A stretch of DNA of 64,000 nucleotides from Amphiscolops sp. MND2022. Lineage: Eukaryota. Position 1 is the first letter of the stretch. Every line of letters begins with the position of its first letter. The DNA lies in the NCBI GenBank assembly GCA_964187785.1, contig OZ076413.1, positions 45,448,001-45,512,000 of the forward strand. The letters are read 5' to 3'. Below are positions 1 to 12,541 of this stretch, in pieces. Under the pieces are notes generated by a model that worked only from the letters and a program-made list of their open reading frames with translations, did not search any database and had not been told where the DNA came from. A program made the translations under genes and the position numbers.

Positions 1-1148
1 AGTAGAAGGCATTGAAAATGTTGTTCCAGGAGAAAATCTTTGAATTGTTCCTGTGGACAAGTATTTCTATTTTCAGGTTAACCAAAATGAGCGTAATGTA
101 TCAGGTAACTGCAAAATTATGATTAACCTTTGTCAGGCCGACTTGGGTATATATACCCCAGAGGACATGACAGGCAAAATTGTTATGGTCATGATACTAA
201 AAATAGCACGCAAACTAAAATTAGATACGTCAGCACTATAAATAGTAACATGACATCATCGTAGGCCTACGTGAGCGGTTAGATCCAAGCGCCCGTTCAG
301 GCCATATGACGAGTAGGTAATAACACTCGTGTGTAACGTAATATATATCAACACTTTTACATGTAAACATAATTCATGTAAACTACATATGGTAAGTAAC
401 TGTAAGGGACTTCCAGTTCCCTTTCAGTTTCACAAAACAACATTACGCTTGAGCACATACATGTAAGCCCTATACGGCCTGTAACCGTTGGGGCTTTCTA
501 ATTTGATCCCAGTATAATACGAAAAGCAACACTACATGTCAACAATATATGCGATTTGTTATTGCATGGGGGAGGGCTACTTGTGTCTTTTCATCACTAA
601 TCAATTGTGACACCAATCTCATGTGATCAGTATACAGCACTTGAGTGTTCATTGTGTCAACCGGCCGTGGTAGGCCTTATTTACTGTATAGCACCAAGAC
701 AATTAATACAGTGAATAGGGACAGGGGGACGGCTATGTCCTATTTGTAGTTACTGAATATCATTCAAGTATAGCATCAAAGTACATTAAGGCCGGCAAAG
801 TTAATTGGCGGTATTGGTCCATTCTAAATAGCTACTAGCGCAGTTACGTAATGAGTAATAAGATGGCTGTTATAAACTGCACTCTGATTGGCCAATTGAC
901 CATGGACGGCTTAGCTAGCTATACTGGACAGGCAAACATTTGAACACGTTTCCTTTCTGCCTGTCAGTATAGCTTGCTGTCAAATGTATTTCAAATAATA
1001 AAACAATTCATCAATCAACATTACATATTCAAAATAATATTAAATGTTTGAAAGTTTTAGTTTTATAATGGAAGTGTCCCAGGTAGGGCAATTGGCCTCG
1101 TATGGTCAATTGTATAGATGTTGCCATCGCAGGCGGCAGCCTGCGACA
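1..1148 (-). repeat. Element A 3' LTR (partial)
   Basis: Matches 14196-15359; identity stops at ...GCGACA (minus-strand start TGTCGCAGG), directly after the purine tract. Confidence 0.93.
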
Positions 1149-1899
1149 CTCCCCCTGGTAGTAATAGGAATGTGCCCACCTGCATTCCTTCTATAAAAGC
1201 TCTTTTGCGTGCCTCTAGTTGATCTGCCGATTCTCCCAAAATGGCCGTCTTGCGCAAATAATCCGTGACTGCTTCGCTCTGAATTTGTAAGGTAGATTTT
1301 CCACATATCACCCAGTCTGAGTATTTCCGCATTCGGCTGTTCGTCTCAACTTCTATTCCTTGGAAATGGTTTGCAACCGTGTCCAAGGACTGTTGGGAGA
1401 TTTTGCTCTGACCGTCCACCGAATAGGAATCGTAAATTAGTCCTCTCTCTTCAGGTGGGGGCGGCATAGGAGTATCCACCATGGGAATGATTTCCCTGCA
1501 CAGCTTGATAGGGTGATTGTTGCGCACTCGGTCATCTCGCCGTATCGGGCCATTTCCCTTCCCCAGTGAGAAGAAGGATTGGTCGAGAGTAGGCCTTACT
1601 GCAAAGCTCGTCCCAGAGGTCCCATATCTTGGCAAGTTATATTGGGGGGCTTCATCTCTAATTCGCAGAGCTGTTGAAGAACCAGGTATTGGGATAGGAG
1701 ATGATAGTTGCGCCTCGACACATTGGGCCATCATCATGATTTCGTCATCCATCTCTTCATCATCCGATGACAATTGAAGGTCCAGCACTGAATTCATGCT
1801 CTGGTCGCCCATCTCCTCCTCTTCGTCACTGGATAGGCAGATTATGTCTACACCGCCGGGCGCTGCGCCTTGGAAGTCTTCAGGGTATAGGGCGGCCAT
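1063..1899 (-). CDS. Element A sense-strand accessory ORF (~278 aa from ATG 1899), acidic N-terminus with SIM-like motifs, unknown function
   Basis: Uninterrupted ORF (MAALYPEDF...) that crosses the PPT and stops in U3; contains VDIICLSSDEEEE and LDLQLSSDDEE. Confidence 0.7.
   Translation of the reverse strand: MAALYPEDFQGAAPGGVDIICLSSDEEEEMGDQSMNSVLDLQLSSDDEEMDDEIMMMAQCVEAQLSSPIPIPGSSTALRIRDEAPQYNLPRYGTSGTSFAVRPTLDQSFFSLGKGNGPIRRDDRVRNNHPIKLCREIIPMVDTPMPPPPEERGLIYDSYSVDGQSKISQQSLDTVANHFQGIEVETNSRMRKYSDWVICGKSTLQIQSEAVTDYLRKTAILGESADQLEARKRAFIEGMQVGTFLLLPGGVSQAAACDGNIYTIDHTRPIALPGTLPL
1149..1156 (-). other. Element A polypurine tract (AGGGGGAG)
   Basis: Minus-strand purine run abutting the TG of the 3' LTR. 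Confidence 0.75.
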
Positions 1900-3086
1900 G
1901 AATCTTGCTTTTATGAATTTCTTGGCAATTTTTATAAAAATTGGAATTAGTTTTGGATTTTTCAAGTTCCGCTAACCAACTGTTATTGAAAGCTTCAGAA
2001 GAGAGAATGATAGCTTCTCCTTGCTGACTTCGTCTGAAATATTTTCAAGTCTCATAATTTTTTCCCGGGGTTTCATCTCTCCCGGTGATCGTTTCATTGA
2101 TAAGTTCTTCTAAAAATCCTTTGATGGTTCCAATAAACCGCCTTGTTTACATCATCACTTCAGTCGTTTGCCTGATGCGGCAAAGAGCCATCAATGACAC
2201 CATTGAGTGTTTATCTGCTCTTGATATCCACTTGAGAATTTCAAGAGTGGGTAATCAAGTTTTAAGGCTACACGCGGCGCGTTGCCGCGATAGCCAATAG
2301 GAATCGCCTTCACAGCCTTCATCTCAAAATGGCGGAATTAATAATAATAATCCAAATAAGGAAATAATGAAATAACTAAAATAATGAAATAATGAAATAA
2401 TGAAAATACATGTTTCGAAATAAAAATAACGTGGATATCTCTGGCAGGTTCCATCAACAAAATAATCCTTATAATTGTAAAAACATTTGACATCAAATCC
2501 AGTTTGCCACGAACTCCAACTTTGCTCTTGCAATCACTTTCGTCTTCTTCCAAATCATTAATCGTTACATTTCCATATTCGTATTTATCCATTGTTTACT
2601 TGGTCTTTAGTCAGTCTTTTAGTCTTCATCATTTTAAACCAGTTCATCAGCGAACAATTTTTTTCTTTCCGCTCTTTGTCGCTATTTACGCTTCTGTCCT
2701 GACGCCACTACAGTCACTTTCCTTCTTGGAATCTTCTCCAATTCATCTTCCACGTTTTCACTCCTGCGACTCATCTGGCCTCATCGGTCCTTCATTGCTG
2801 TTCCGAGCATACTGGTGCAACACATACTCTTGCATTTGTGAGCAACTGCCTTCAGTCCTTACACGTCCATCATCCGCAGGTAAGCTATTTGGTCTTTTCA
2901 ATTTTTCAACGGAAATAAGCTTGATCAGGGCTCTTCCTCTCGTTCATTGACTTCCTGTCCATTTTCACTAAACAAGTTTAGCATTTGGAATATTTTCTTT
3001 TCACTTCCGGAAGGTTTTAATTGCGGTTGTTCATGGACTCATATTCAGGAAGTTGTCCGCAAAACTTTATATCCTTCTGTTTAGAT

Positions 3087-6000
3087 ATGTCTTCTGAGAA
3101 GGAAATGCCAAAATCCACTGTTCTCAGTGGTGATGGAATTGGATCTACTGAAGTAGAGCAGCAAGGTAACGCAGCACAAGTTGACCCTGTCCGGCCTTTG
3201 TCCCAAACGTCCTTTTCTAGTCCGTCTACAGAGGAGAGCGTCTCTGCCTTAATTGAAAGAATCTCCACATGTATGGAATTCCCAACACGTGAATCTGAGA
3301 TCAGTGACATACCGATACCTATGCCTGCCACAGTTACGTCAACAATCTTCCCTGAACTTTTGAAAGTTTCTGTCTCTGACCCAATCGTCGTTAGTCAGGA
3401 CGTGAGCGAGGAGAAAACTGGACCTGCCAATGAGCCCGAGTCGACTTCGCAATCTGGAGCTGCTCCCCTTCATGGAGACACTAGCAATGCTGAAGAACTT
3501 TCAGATAGTTCTGGCGTAGATGCATTTCCTCCCATTACGTCCTCCATGGCGTGGGATCCTTCTGCTTTCCCCGAGTTCGAGGGAGAATTCCGGGCCGAGT
3601 CAGGCCACAGCGACACAGAGCAGGAGCAATATCGCGCTAGGGTTGCCAATTCCGAAAGGCAACTATCAGTCAAAGGAAGATCGGTCATTAGGAAGTATTT
3701 CACAGCAGCCACCCCCGTCCAATTGCCAGCCGGTCATACGACCATTGCCTTCAATGAGGATCAGGTCCACGCCATCCTTCGCACTGTTGCCGATGAGTCT
3801 GTGATATCTTCTTATCACATGATGAAATCTCTCTTGCTACATGCCACTAGTCTGACTTCACAAGACAAGAAGAGAAGTATGCCTCGGCGTTGCCCTACAC
3901 CAGCTCGTCGGCCTTCTAGCAGTTCAGGTGATGAAGGCAGTTTCGGAGGAAATACCAGTGACGGCTATATGAGCGGGGCGTTCAATACTGACGAGGACCC
4001 GTATCAGGTGGGGTCCATATCTGGGACAGATGGGGTAAGTGAGACTGGATCTAGAACAAAACTTCCTGAAACGTCTCTTAGGTTCACTCCCAGCACGTTT
4101 CGCGCTGAGGTCACGACTCCCACTTCCGGAAGTGGATACAGGAGCACTGACCACCAGCCACTATCCGTCCTCATACGGTCACGAGAATCCGATGTAGCTA
4201 CTCCCAGTCCTCCGCGGAAAAGAAGGAAACTGCTTAGTAAGCCAGGAAAAGTCATGAAAGACGCTTACATTGAAGGCATCCAGTGGACTCGGACTTTCGT
4301 GTCTGGGCCTCTCGATCCCGTACACAACAAATTCAAATTTTATTGTATGCTGTGCAAAACGAACGTGTCAATATATTCCAAGGGCGCCAGGGAGATTTTG
4401 CGACACTACAGGACAGAGGGCCATTTGAGGAAGGACCAGAAGTGGAGGTATGTGCACTTGCAGGAAACCAACGAAATCACCGGCAATGTGACTCACCAAG
4501 TCAGAGGCAAAGACGCTGGGTGCTTACTCCCGTCGAATTAGAGGAAGAGAAACCGTTATTCATGGATGTCCCTCTGATCGAAGCAGGAGATCGGTTTCCG
4601 TTTTTTGAAGATTATATGGCCAGCATTGGGGGTATCACTAACACTGATGACTTGAGGACTAGCACTCTAATTTCCCTGATTGGCACCTTCATTCCCAAGG
4701 ACGGAAATTTCTCTCTTCTCCAAAGTCTCTGGACAAAAGTCGGGCAATTCACCAACCATCAAGCCCTGTTTTCTTCTTTCGACTGGGGGTCCGCCACACT
4801 AACGGTAAGTATTTTTTTTCCTAGAATCCTGATGGCAATTTGTTGTGGGATTACTTCGACTGAGCCTATATTCTCTTTTTCAGAATATCTTCCACCACAT
4901 CTTCATGCGCGGCCTTTCCGACATCTCAGGACATGTTGTCTCCAGTGGCTTGTATTCGATTGAATTTACCACACAGGGCGTTTACCGTTGCCTATCGATC
5001 CGGTTCTGGAAGAATGACTTACTGGCAAGAGTTGAACTTTATCGTCACCACCAAGGGGAGACTTATCCAGATTGTTATTTGTCTGCCATCTCGCACGTAT
5101 TGTCTTCCATTTCCTCCAAACCCAGCTTGGTCAGTGTTTCTGGCTGTTCCTCTATGGTCTTTCACGCCCTAGAGACCAGCGGTCTTTTCAAGAATGGAAT
5201 TCAATATCCATTCCGATTTGAAGTGATCTCTCTGCCGGAACTCATGCACCCAAATGTACTTCAAACTAAGCATGTCTTCGGCCGAATCGACATGTTCACA
5301 CAACTCAAGTATCTGGTTGTCTTTCTGCGCGGGTGCCAGAGCTAGCCATGGGCCCTACAGTGTCCGGAGCTTTGCAAGGTTTTCATCTATTTTTGATCCA
5401 CCGTTTTGGTTTTTATTTCCTCGTCAGCAGTTTTGTAGTTGAGTTTTCCTTTTGTGGTAAACGTAACTCAGATCTTTCCATGTTATTTCGTCCCCACTTT
5501 GTAGGCTTCGGCTGCATGCGACATTCAGTTGAAGAAAATCCCAGCTCTGTGTACTGAACACATCAACCACTGGAAGGACGTCCTTGACTTCATGACGAAG
5601 ACGGCCCCAACACAAGTCTTGCAAGGTGTCAAGAACAAGGTTTGTGTATCTTTAATCTTTCATTCCGCTTCGTTGTAAGGTGGGTCCCAATTTCCCAGTG
5701 TTGTCTTAGGCCAGTATAACATGCATCTTACTCCTTTGAAAGCGTAATCTCCCTTTTCAGCCACAGAGTCTAGAATGGGTGATAATCCAAGACGACTTCT
5801 TCACCGTCAAACTTGAGTTCTTCTCCTGTTTGGTCCGAGATTGTTAGTTCCTTTCCTATGTTTGTCTAGTTCTAATTTCCATCTTTTTCCAATTGCCGCG
5901 CTCGGCCCCTACGTCATATTTAGCACGCTTTTGCTATGGAGCTTCATTTTCACGCTTTTGAGTCTGTATTTTATTTAGATACGAAGTGCTTTGAACGCAG

Positions 6001-7136
6001 CCTGGCTGGACGACGAGATGCAACTTTGTTTGTCTACGGACAGTACTGCCGCTTTATTCGTCGCTTGTGTCACAGGGCGATTCTTCCTAAGTGTACTCCT
6101 GATGATGCCGAATGGACTAAGCTCCTACAATTGTGCCCCGATGACTTGAAACAGTTATCCAGCCGTGATTTTCCGAGCCGGTTGAAATTGGAGACCGACT
6201 TGGACCAAGCTTGTCGAGCCAAAATAAAACGACATCAAGATGATAAGAAGCCGGGCCAACCAAGTCTTGATGCCCTCGCTGCCAAAGAGAGGGAGAATTT
6301 TGGAATTGAGGCCCGAGGTTACATTGTGTCCTTACTGGAGGCTCTGTTGCGCAACGTGCATTTCACCGCCAACATTGTGCACGGGATGGGTTGTTTCGAC
6401 CCTCACGTATTGCTCTCTTTGCCGCTCATCCAGGTTACTTTCTGTTTCGATTCCCTGTACGATAGTTTCCGAGTTCGAGGCTGGGTAGACGAAGCTTCTA
6501 AGAGCGAGTGCCGAGATGAATATTTCGAGATTGTGGACTACCTACGCAGTGCTTACTCGTCTATGAAGAACTCCCCTGGCACTATTCCAGATATGCTGGA
6601 CTTCCTCGTGCCCATGCCCTTTTCAGAGTCGTTCGAGGCTCTTTCATTTATTCAAGCTCTGTTGTCTCTGCATCACTGAGGACCATCATGACCTTCCAGC
6701 TGTCAAATTCCAGGATGTAGATACATCTAGTTTGAATTGTCGTCTTTCCGCTGTGATTCTACTTGCACAGTCTTATCTGGCCAACTGCCTTGATGCGATA
6801 GCCGTTTGCACTACTGAGTCCGCTTTGGCTGCATACAAAGAATTGTCTGACCAGTTTAATTCATTCCAGTTTGCCGGAGATCGCTGGTCTCATGTGGACG
6901 TTTTTGGTCGAGCCCATTTCCTCAAAACTTTAAGGACGGCTTACAAAAATCTGAAAGGAGTTCCAACTGCTGTGGTTGCCACTACGTCTCGTTCGTCCTC
7001 TGTTTCCAGCTCTGCTGTGCGCAAGATTAATTGGGCTGCTGGTAAGGCCCAGGAATTGGTTTATTTCGGCGACATCCCTCCTAGCGAGATTTCCAAGACG
7101 GTGAAGGAGCTGCGTCAAGGCTCATCTAAAGACTAA
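3087..7136 (+). pseudogene. Element A antisense spliced gene, zinc-finger / hAT-transposase-derived protein (~1,195 aa when repaired)
   Basis: Predicted coding exons 3087-4804, 4884-5378, 5505-5639, 5761-5842, 5979-7136 with GT-AG introns joining in frame; probable 5' UTR intron 2880-3084; CMLC...HYRTEGH finger; AATAAA at 7279. Lesions: frameshift ~4518, TAG at 5343, frameshift ~6620. Confidence 0.8.
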
Positions 7137-7314
7137 ATGTACATAGGGTACATTTGTTATTTTAGACTTTCAATTTGTATATTTGTTTCGTAGTAGTTTT
7201 CTGTTTGTATATTTATGCAGTTAGTCTGTTTTAAAGTAAGTCAGAAAGGTCCCAGTGAAAAAACATGCCATCTCGGGCAATAAAATAAATAGGGACACAA
7301 TTTAACATTTCTGA

Positions 7315-10300
7315 CTAGTATCTGTATTCATCAGTAAAGTTGGGGTTGGGGTTAGGTCGAAGGTTGTATTTCCCCCCTCTAGGGCTAGAGTTTTCATCAG
7401 TTTTTTCATTTGTTTTTCCATTCGATATTCCGGGCACGGTAATATCATCCCCCTCATTAAGAGAGTTTTTCTCGCCTTCTAATTCATTTGTGACGTCATT
7501 CACGTTCTTTTCTGAATTAGGTGGTGTATTGCCACCATTGTGGCTATTTCGGCTAGTGGCCGTTCTCGGCCTTCATGTTTCGCGCAGCATTCTCGTTAAC
7601 GTCATGTTCGTCATGCACTATAGGTGCGTCTCGGCTAGCGGCCGTACTCGGTCCCGCTTCATTTTCATTCATTTTGGTTCGTTCATTCAATTCGGTGACG
7701 TCATTTGCGTCTCGTGTGATTGTGCCGTCTCGGCTGGTGGTCGTCACTGGCCTTACCGCGTTGTCATCAGCGTTGTCATAAATGATGTAATCACTAGTCG
7801 TGACACCAGCATCGCTGTCTGGTGTTTGCGATTTTTCGTCCGTATTATCGTCTCGTCTCGGCTCGAAGACATGGTAGTCAAAATCTGCTTCCCATGAGAT
7901 GGTGTATAAATCATCTTGCGGTATGATTATTTCATCATCTGGTTGCAATTTCTCTTTGGCATATTTGTCCTCTAAAGGCGTGTTTGGAACAAATTTTTTC
8001 AGGCGGATTCGGTGTAATATCTGCGTTTTATTCGTATTTAACCGGCGGACAATGTAATTGTCGTTAGGTAATACCTTTTCAATTCGATAAGGACCGATCC
8101 AGCGGTATTCTCTAAATGGTATTTTTGATCCTTGATTATCCGCTTTAGGCTGTAGGATAAAACAAAAAGCTTGTTCGCTGAGAGGAGCTGCTTTGGCTTT
8201 TCGGTCATAGTACTCCTTATGTTTCAAGTAGGACTGCATAATGTTATGCTTCGTTTTGTCAATGAGAACTTTCGTTCTCTGTTGTAAATCTTCAGCAAAT
8301 TCAGTCGTCGGGAGGAAATCCTTATTAGGATTATTTCCAAGTTTATGATCAAGAACATTGTAGGGAATTCTTCCGTGAAAGACCTTGCTCGGTTCACAAC
8401 CGATGCTGGAATGATAAGTTGTGTTATAATTGAGCACTGCTAGTGGAAAATATTTGTGCCATTGACGGCGATATTCCCCTGAGGCCATTTTCAAATTTGT
8501 CTTCAATGAGGCGTGAGTTCTTTCGAGTTTGCCAATTGTTTGTGGATGTTTAGTCGTCGCACATTTTGGGGTTATTCCCAATACTTGCGTTATTTCTGCA
8601 AAAATTTTTGATGTAAAAGCGGTTCCTTTGTCGGTGATGATCGTAGTTGGCAAATATGAATGCTTCGTCATGATGTCTATTAAAATTTTTGCAGTATTAG
8701 AGGCTGTTGCCTCAACTAGCGGGTAGGCAAACAGATATCTTGAAAAGACATCTATTGCCGTCATCACTGTTTGGTAACCCCCGCTTGTTGGCAAGTTTGG
8801 GAGTAAATCGATTTGGATTGCGTCCTCTGGTACAAGGTCCCATTCTGGCAGGTTAAACAATTCAGGCGTTATCGTGTTGTTTGGGACCCGTTTATCTTTT
8901 GCGCAAGTTACACATCCTTCTACCCATTTTTTAACATGTTTTGCTATACCGGGGTAGTAGTACTTCTGTCGGATTTCTTGTAACATTTTCGATATGCCAG
9001 GGTGTTTGTGCGCCGTTCCATGTAAGGCCTGTAACAATTCTTTCAAAAGGTGTTTTGGTAAGAGAACCTGGTGATACTTGACTTGTCCGGTTTCATCATA
9101 ATATTGTCGTGTGACTATTTCGTCTTTAAGGACAATTCGGTCCAAGTTGATAAGATAGTGTTTGTATCGGATGTCTTGCTGGAGTAGTTCTTCAGAATAG
9201 TCTTCGTTCTGAATTTTGGCTTTGAGTTGGCGCAGTATAGGGTCTTTGGATTGTTCAAGTAAGATTTGATTCGTTCTGCGCATTTTTTGGGTAAAGTTTG
9301 TGATTTCATCTACTAAATTTTCAGATATTGCGTCAATTTGAATTACGCCTTCTTGGTCGATTGGGTTATTTCGGCTTTGTTTTTTACGTTCCCAAAATTG
9401 AGCTTCTGTCTCATCATCTTGCTCCGTGAAGAAAACCTGTTCCTCTTCAGCAACGCCTGCCGATTGGACATTGACCTCGATGGGCTTAGTCTCTATGTCT
9501 TCGCGGATTTTAAGGACTAGTTTCTCTCTGGGGTCCATTTCCATGCGAGATAAGTAGTCGGCTGCTGTGTTGTTTTTTCCTGGTGTAAGTGCTATGACAA
9601 AGTTGAATTGTATTACATAGTCACATGCATTCCAGAGTGTTGGAGGGATTATCTTCGTCTGGAAGAATCTCGTGACCGATTTGTTGTCCGTTAGGATAGT
9701 AATCGGTTTTGGGGCTCCCCAGAAAATATGTCCAAATTCTTTGAATGCGTAATAAATCGCTAAGAATTCCTTGGCGTATATGGACATTTTGAGTTGCGAT
9801 GGCGTAAAAGTTTTTGAGCCAAATGCAATTGGAGCGTATGATTTTTTGACAGATGAATATTTCTGGTTTGGGTCGTCCTCGGTAAGTATGGCGTAGCCGG
9901 CCGCCGTGAAACTAGCGTCTGTCATCAGGACTAGTTGCTTGTTTGGCAAAGGTTGCTTCAGGGCCAATTGGCTAGATTTGTCGAGGTCCCGGTTGATTTC
10001 ATTGAACTGTTGTATTAGTTCTGTAGTCACCAGGACTTTTTCGTTTTTTTTGAGAAGTTGGAAGAAAGGGGCTAATTTTTCAGATAGTCTTGGGATATAG
10101 TTCCTGTAATAATTGAGGAAACCAAGATATCTTTGCAGAGCCTTTTTAGACTTGGGGAAATTGGTTTTTTCTAGGAAGTTTGTTATTCGCTCCTTTTGTG
10201 GTTTGACACCTTCCGGGGTAATTGTTCTTCCCAAGAAATCGATTTCCGTTGCCCCAAAGTGACATTTGGTCATTGTTAGTTTAAGGCCCGCATGTCTGAT

Positions 10301-12541
10301 CCACTCAAAGGTGGCTTTCAAATTTTTGATGAGATGATCCGCGTCGTTGGCGGCTATGCCGATGTCGTCCACATATTGGGCACATTGATCAGCTTTGATA
10401 ACTTTATCCAGGTATTCCCTCATGAAACTTGAAAAAGCTGATAATGCTCTGCTAAGGCCCTGAGCAAGTCGTCTATACGCAAAGGTGCGGCTTACAAAAT
10501 TGAACTCAAGCATCTCAACGGACCTTTGGTCAGCCATTGGTAGGCAGTGGTATGCCTGTGAACAGTCAAGTTTACAGAACAGTTTTTTTCCTGCCATATG
10601 TTGTGCAGCGTCCGTTAGGGTGCTAACCGGATGATTGTTGTTTATATAGTCATCCGAAATGAGGTTATTAATTTTTCTCAGGTCGACTAGTAGTCTTAGC
10701 TTCCCATTCGGCTTTTTCTGTGCGAATATGGGACTGGCGTATTTCGAAAAGGGCAGAGTAGTTATTATGCCATATTTGTGTAAGAGGGCCAGTTGGACGA
10801 GTATGTCCTCTTTTAAATTGACTGGAGTAGGAAGACTTTGGCTGTAAGCGGGCGAATTGTCCTTAGGGGTCAGTTTGACCGTGAATTTTTCATTCATTCC
10901 GATGTCAAATCTGTGTCGTGCGAATATGTCATGGTATTCGACTAAAAGCGATTCGATCTTTTTGATTTCGTGTTGTTGCAGCATGGAGTCATTCCAGTCG
11001 AAATTGCTAAGGAACTTGCGGCGTGACTCATCATCATTTTGAGGGTTCAATTGTTCAGCTTCTTGGAGGTTGCGTAATTCTTGAAGAATTCGTCGTTGGA
11101 TGGGAGTATGGGAATCTTCGTCCTCAGGGTTTTCTGGCGTAGGAAACCAGTACTGTTCATATTGGTCATTGTTCCGATTAGCCTTGAATAGACTACTGAC
11201 ATAGTAGATCGCATCCTCTTCGTTTTCATTGAGGAGATACCATGTGGACACCGGGTCAATTGGTTTGACGTGTTTCATCTGTTCCGGTGTTAGTACAGAA
11301 AAGTTTGCTATGTGTAGTCCCTTTTTAAGCTTGTACGGTTGGTCTGTGAAAGTGTTGATATGAACGTTGACGTTTCCATTAGTCAATGTGACTATCGCGA
11401 CACAGAATGTGATGTCGCCTTCTTCATGGAGGAGATCACTGGGCTGCAGCACTCCTGTGACCATGTTTTCATTGTAGATTTGGGATTTGATCTCTACTAA
11501 GATACGGTCATTGGGTGGTATTGTGATATCGTCTGGGTTAAGTATTGGTTCCAGTACGTTGGAATATTTATGGTCAGCCGTTTTCAGTTGCATCGAGAAA
11601 TATGGGAAATTGAGAATGCCTTGTCGCATGTCCAGTACTGTATGATTCCTCTGGAGGAACATTAGTCCTATGATAGGGCCAGTCAGTTTTTCCATTACTA
11701 TAAATATTTCATGGAATTCAATATCTCCGACTTCGAACTTGAGTTCAACAGTACTCTTTGGGGTTTCCAATTGTCCGTTTGCGACCATAATTTGAAACGT
11801 CGGGGCAGGTCCCTCTTTGACTATGGATTGGGGCGCCAATAGCCGTATTTTCCTGAGGTCTGCTTCCGGTATTGCGCTGTAGTGAGCTCCAGTGCCTATG
11901 AGGCCGTCTATGGTTAGTTCCCCAAAGTCCATCGGGAAATATAGCATCCGTTTTTTTGTATTTGAGTCCGAGGTTTGTGGATAAGGGTATATACGCTGGT
12001 TCTCCCTCTTCAGTTACAAGGACATGTAAGAAGGCTGTCTCGTCGAGGAGGCCAGGTGTGGCCTGTGTCTCTTGTGCATGTGGCTGATCTTTGATTGCAT
12101 CAAAATTTGGTTGCCACGGTTCAATAAGTGCCCGGGACAGTATATTGTCTACAATGTCGGGGTCATCCTGATCGTCCGTTGGCGGGTAGTTATCATTCCG
12201 GAATTGTAAATTGTGTTTATCGTGTATATCATCATCCCAGTACGGGTCTTTGCCGTACTCAGGGTCATAGTATTGGGGGTTGTAGTCTTCGACAATATGT
12301 AAGGGTCGGAATTGGGTTTCTGAGTCTTTAGTGAGGTTATTACGTCGATATAGATATGGGTGGTCACTGTGAATAATGTGTTGAGTTTGAGTACAGGCTT
12401 CCAACATCTGCTGCTGTCAGACAGCCGATTGGGTCCCTGTAATGTCCTTTTGTGATTGCTTGTAGGCGATATTAGCTGGGTCTGTTACGACATATTGTCG
12501 TATCGACATTTGATCAGAGATTTGGAGTCGTGGCAAAATTA
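7315..12541 (-). pseudogene. pol: Element A pol (protease, RT, RNase H, integrase)
   Basis: Main ORF 7553-11947: LIGTGA (catalytic D replaced by G), YVDD, TDAS, HHCC finger, D-D-E core, WIGPY. Upstream frame 11745-12407 and C-terminal tail 7315-7503 are separated by frameshifts. Confidence 0.93.

Noticed and set aside
1063..1965. env gene in the third-ORF position
   Set aside because: No evident signal peptide, furin site or transmembrane anchor; the protein is acidic and looks disordered.
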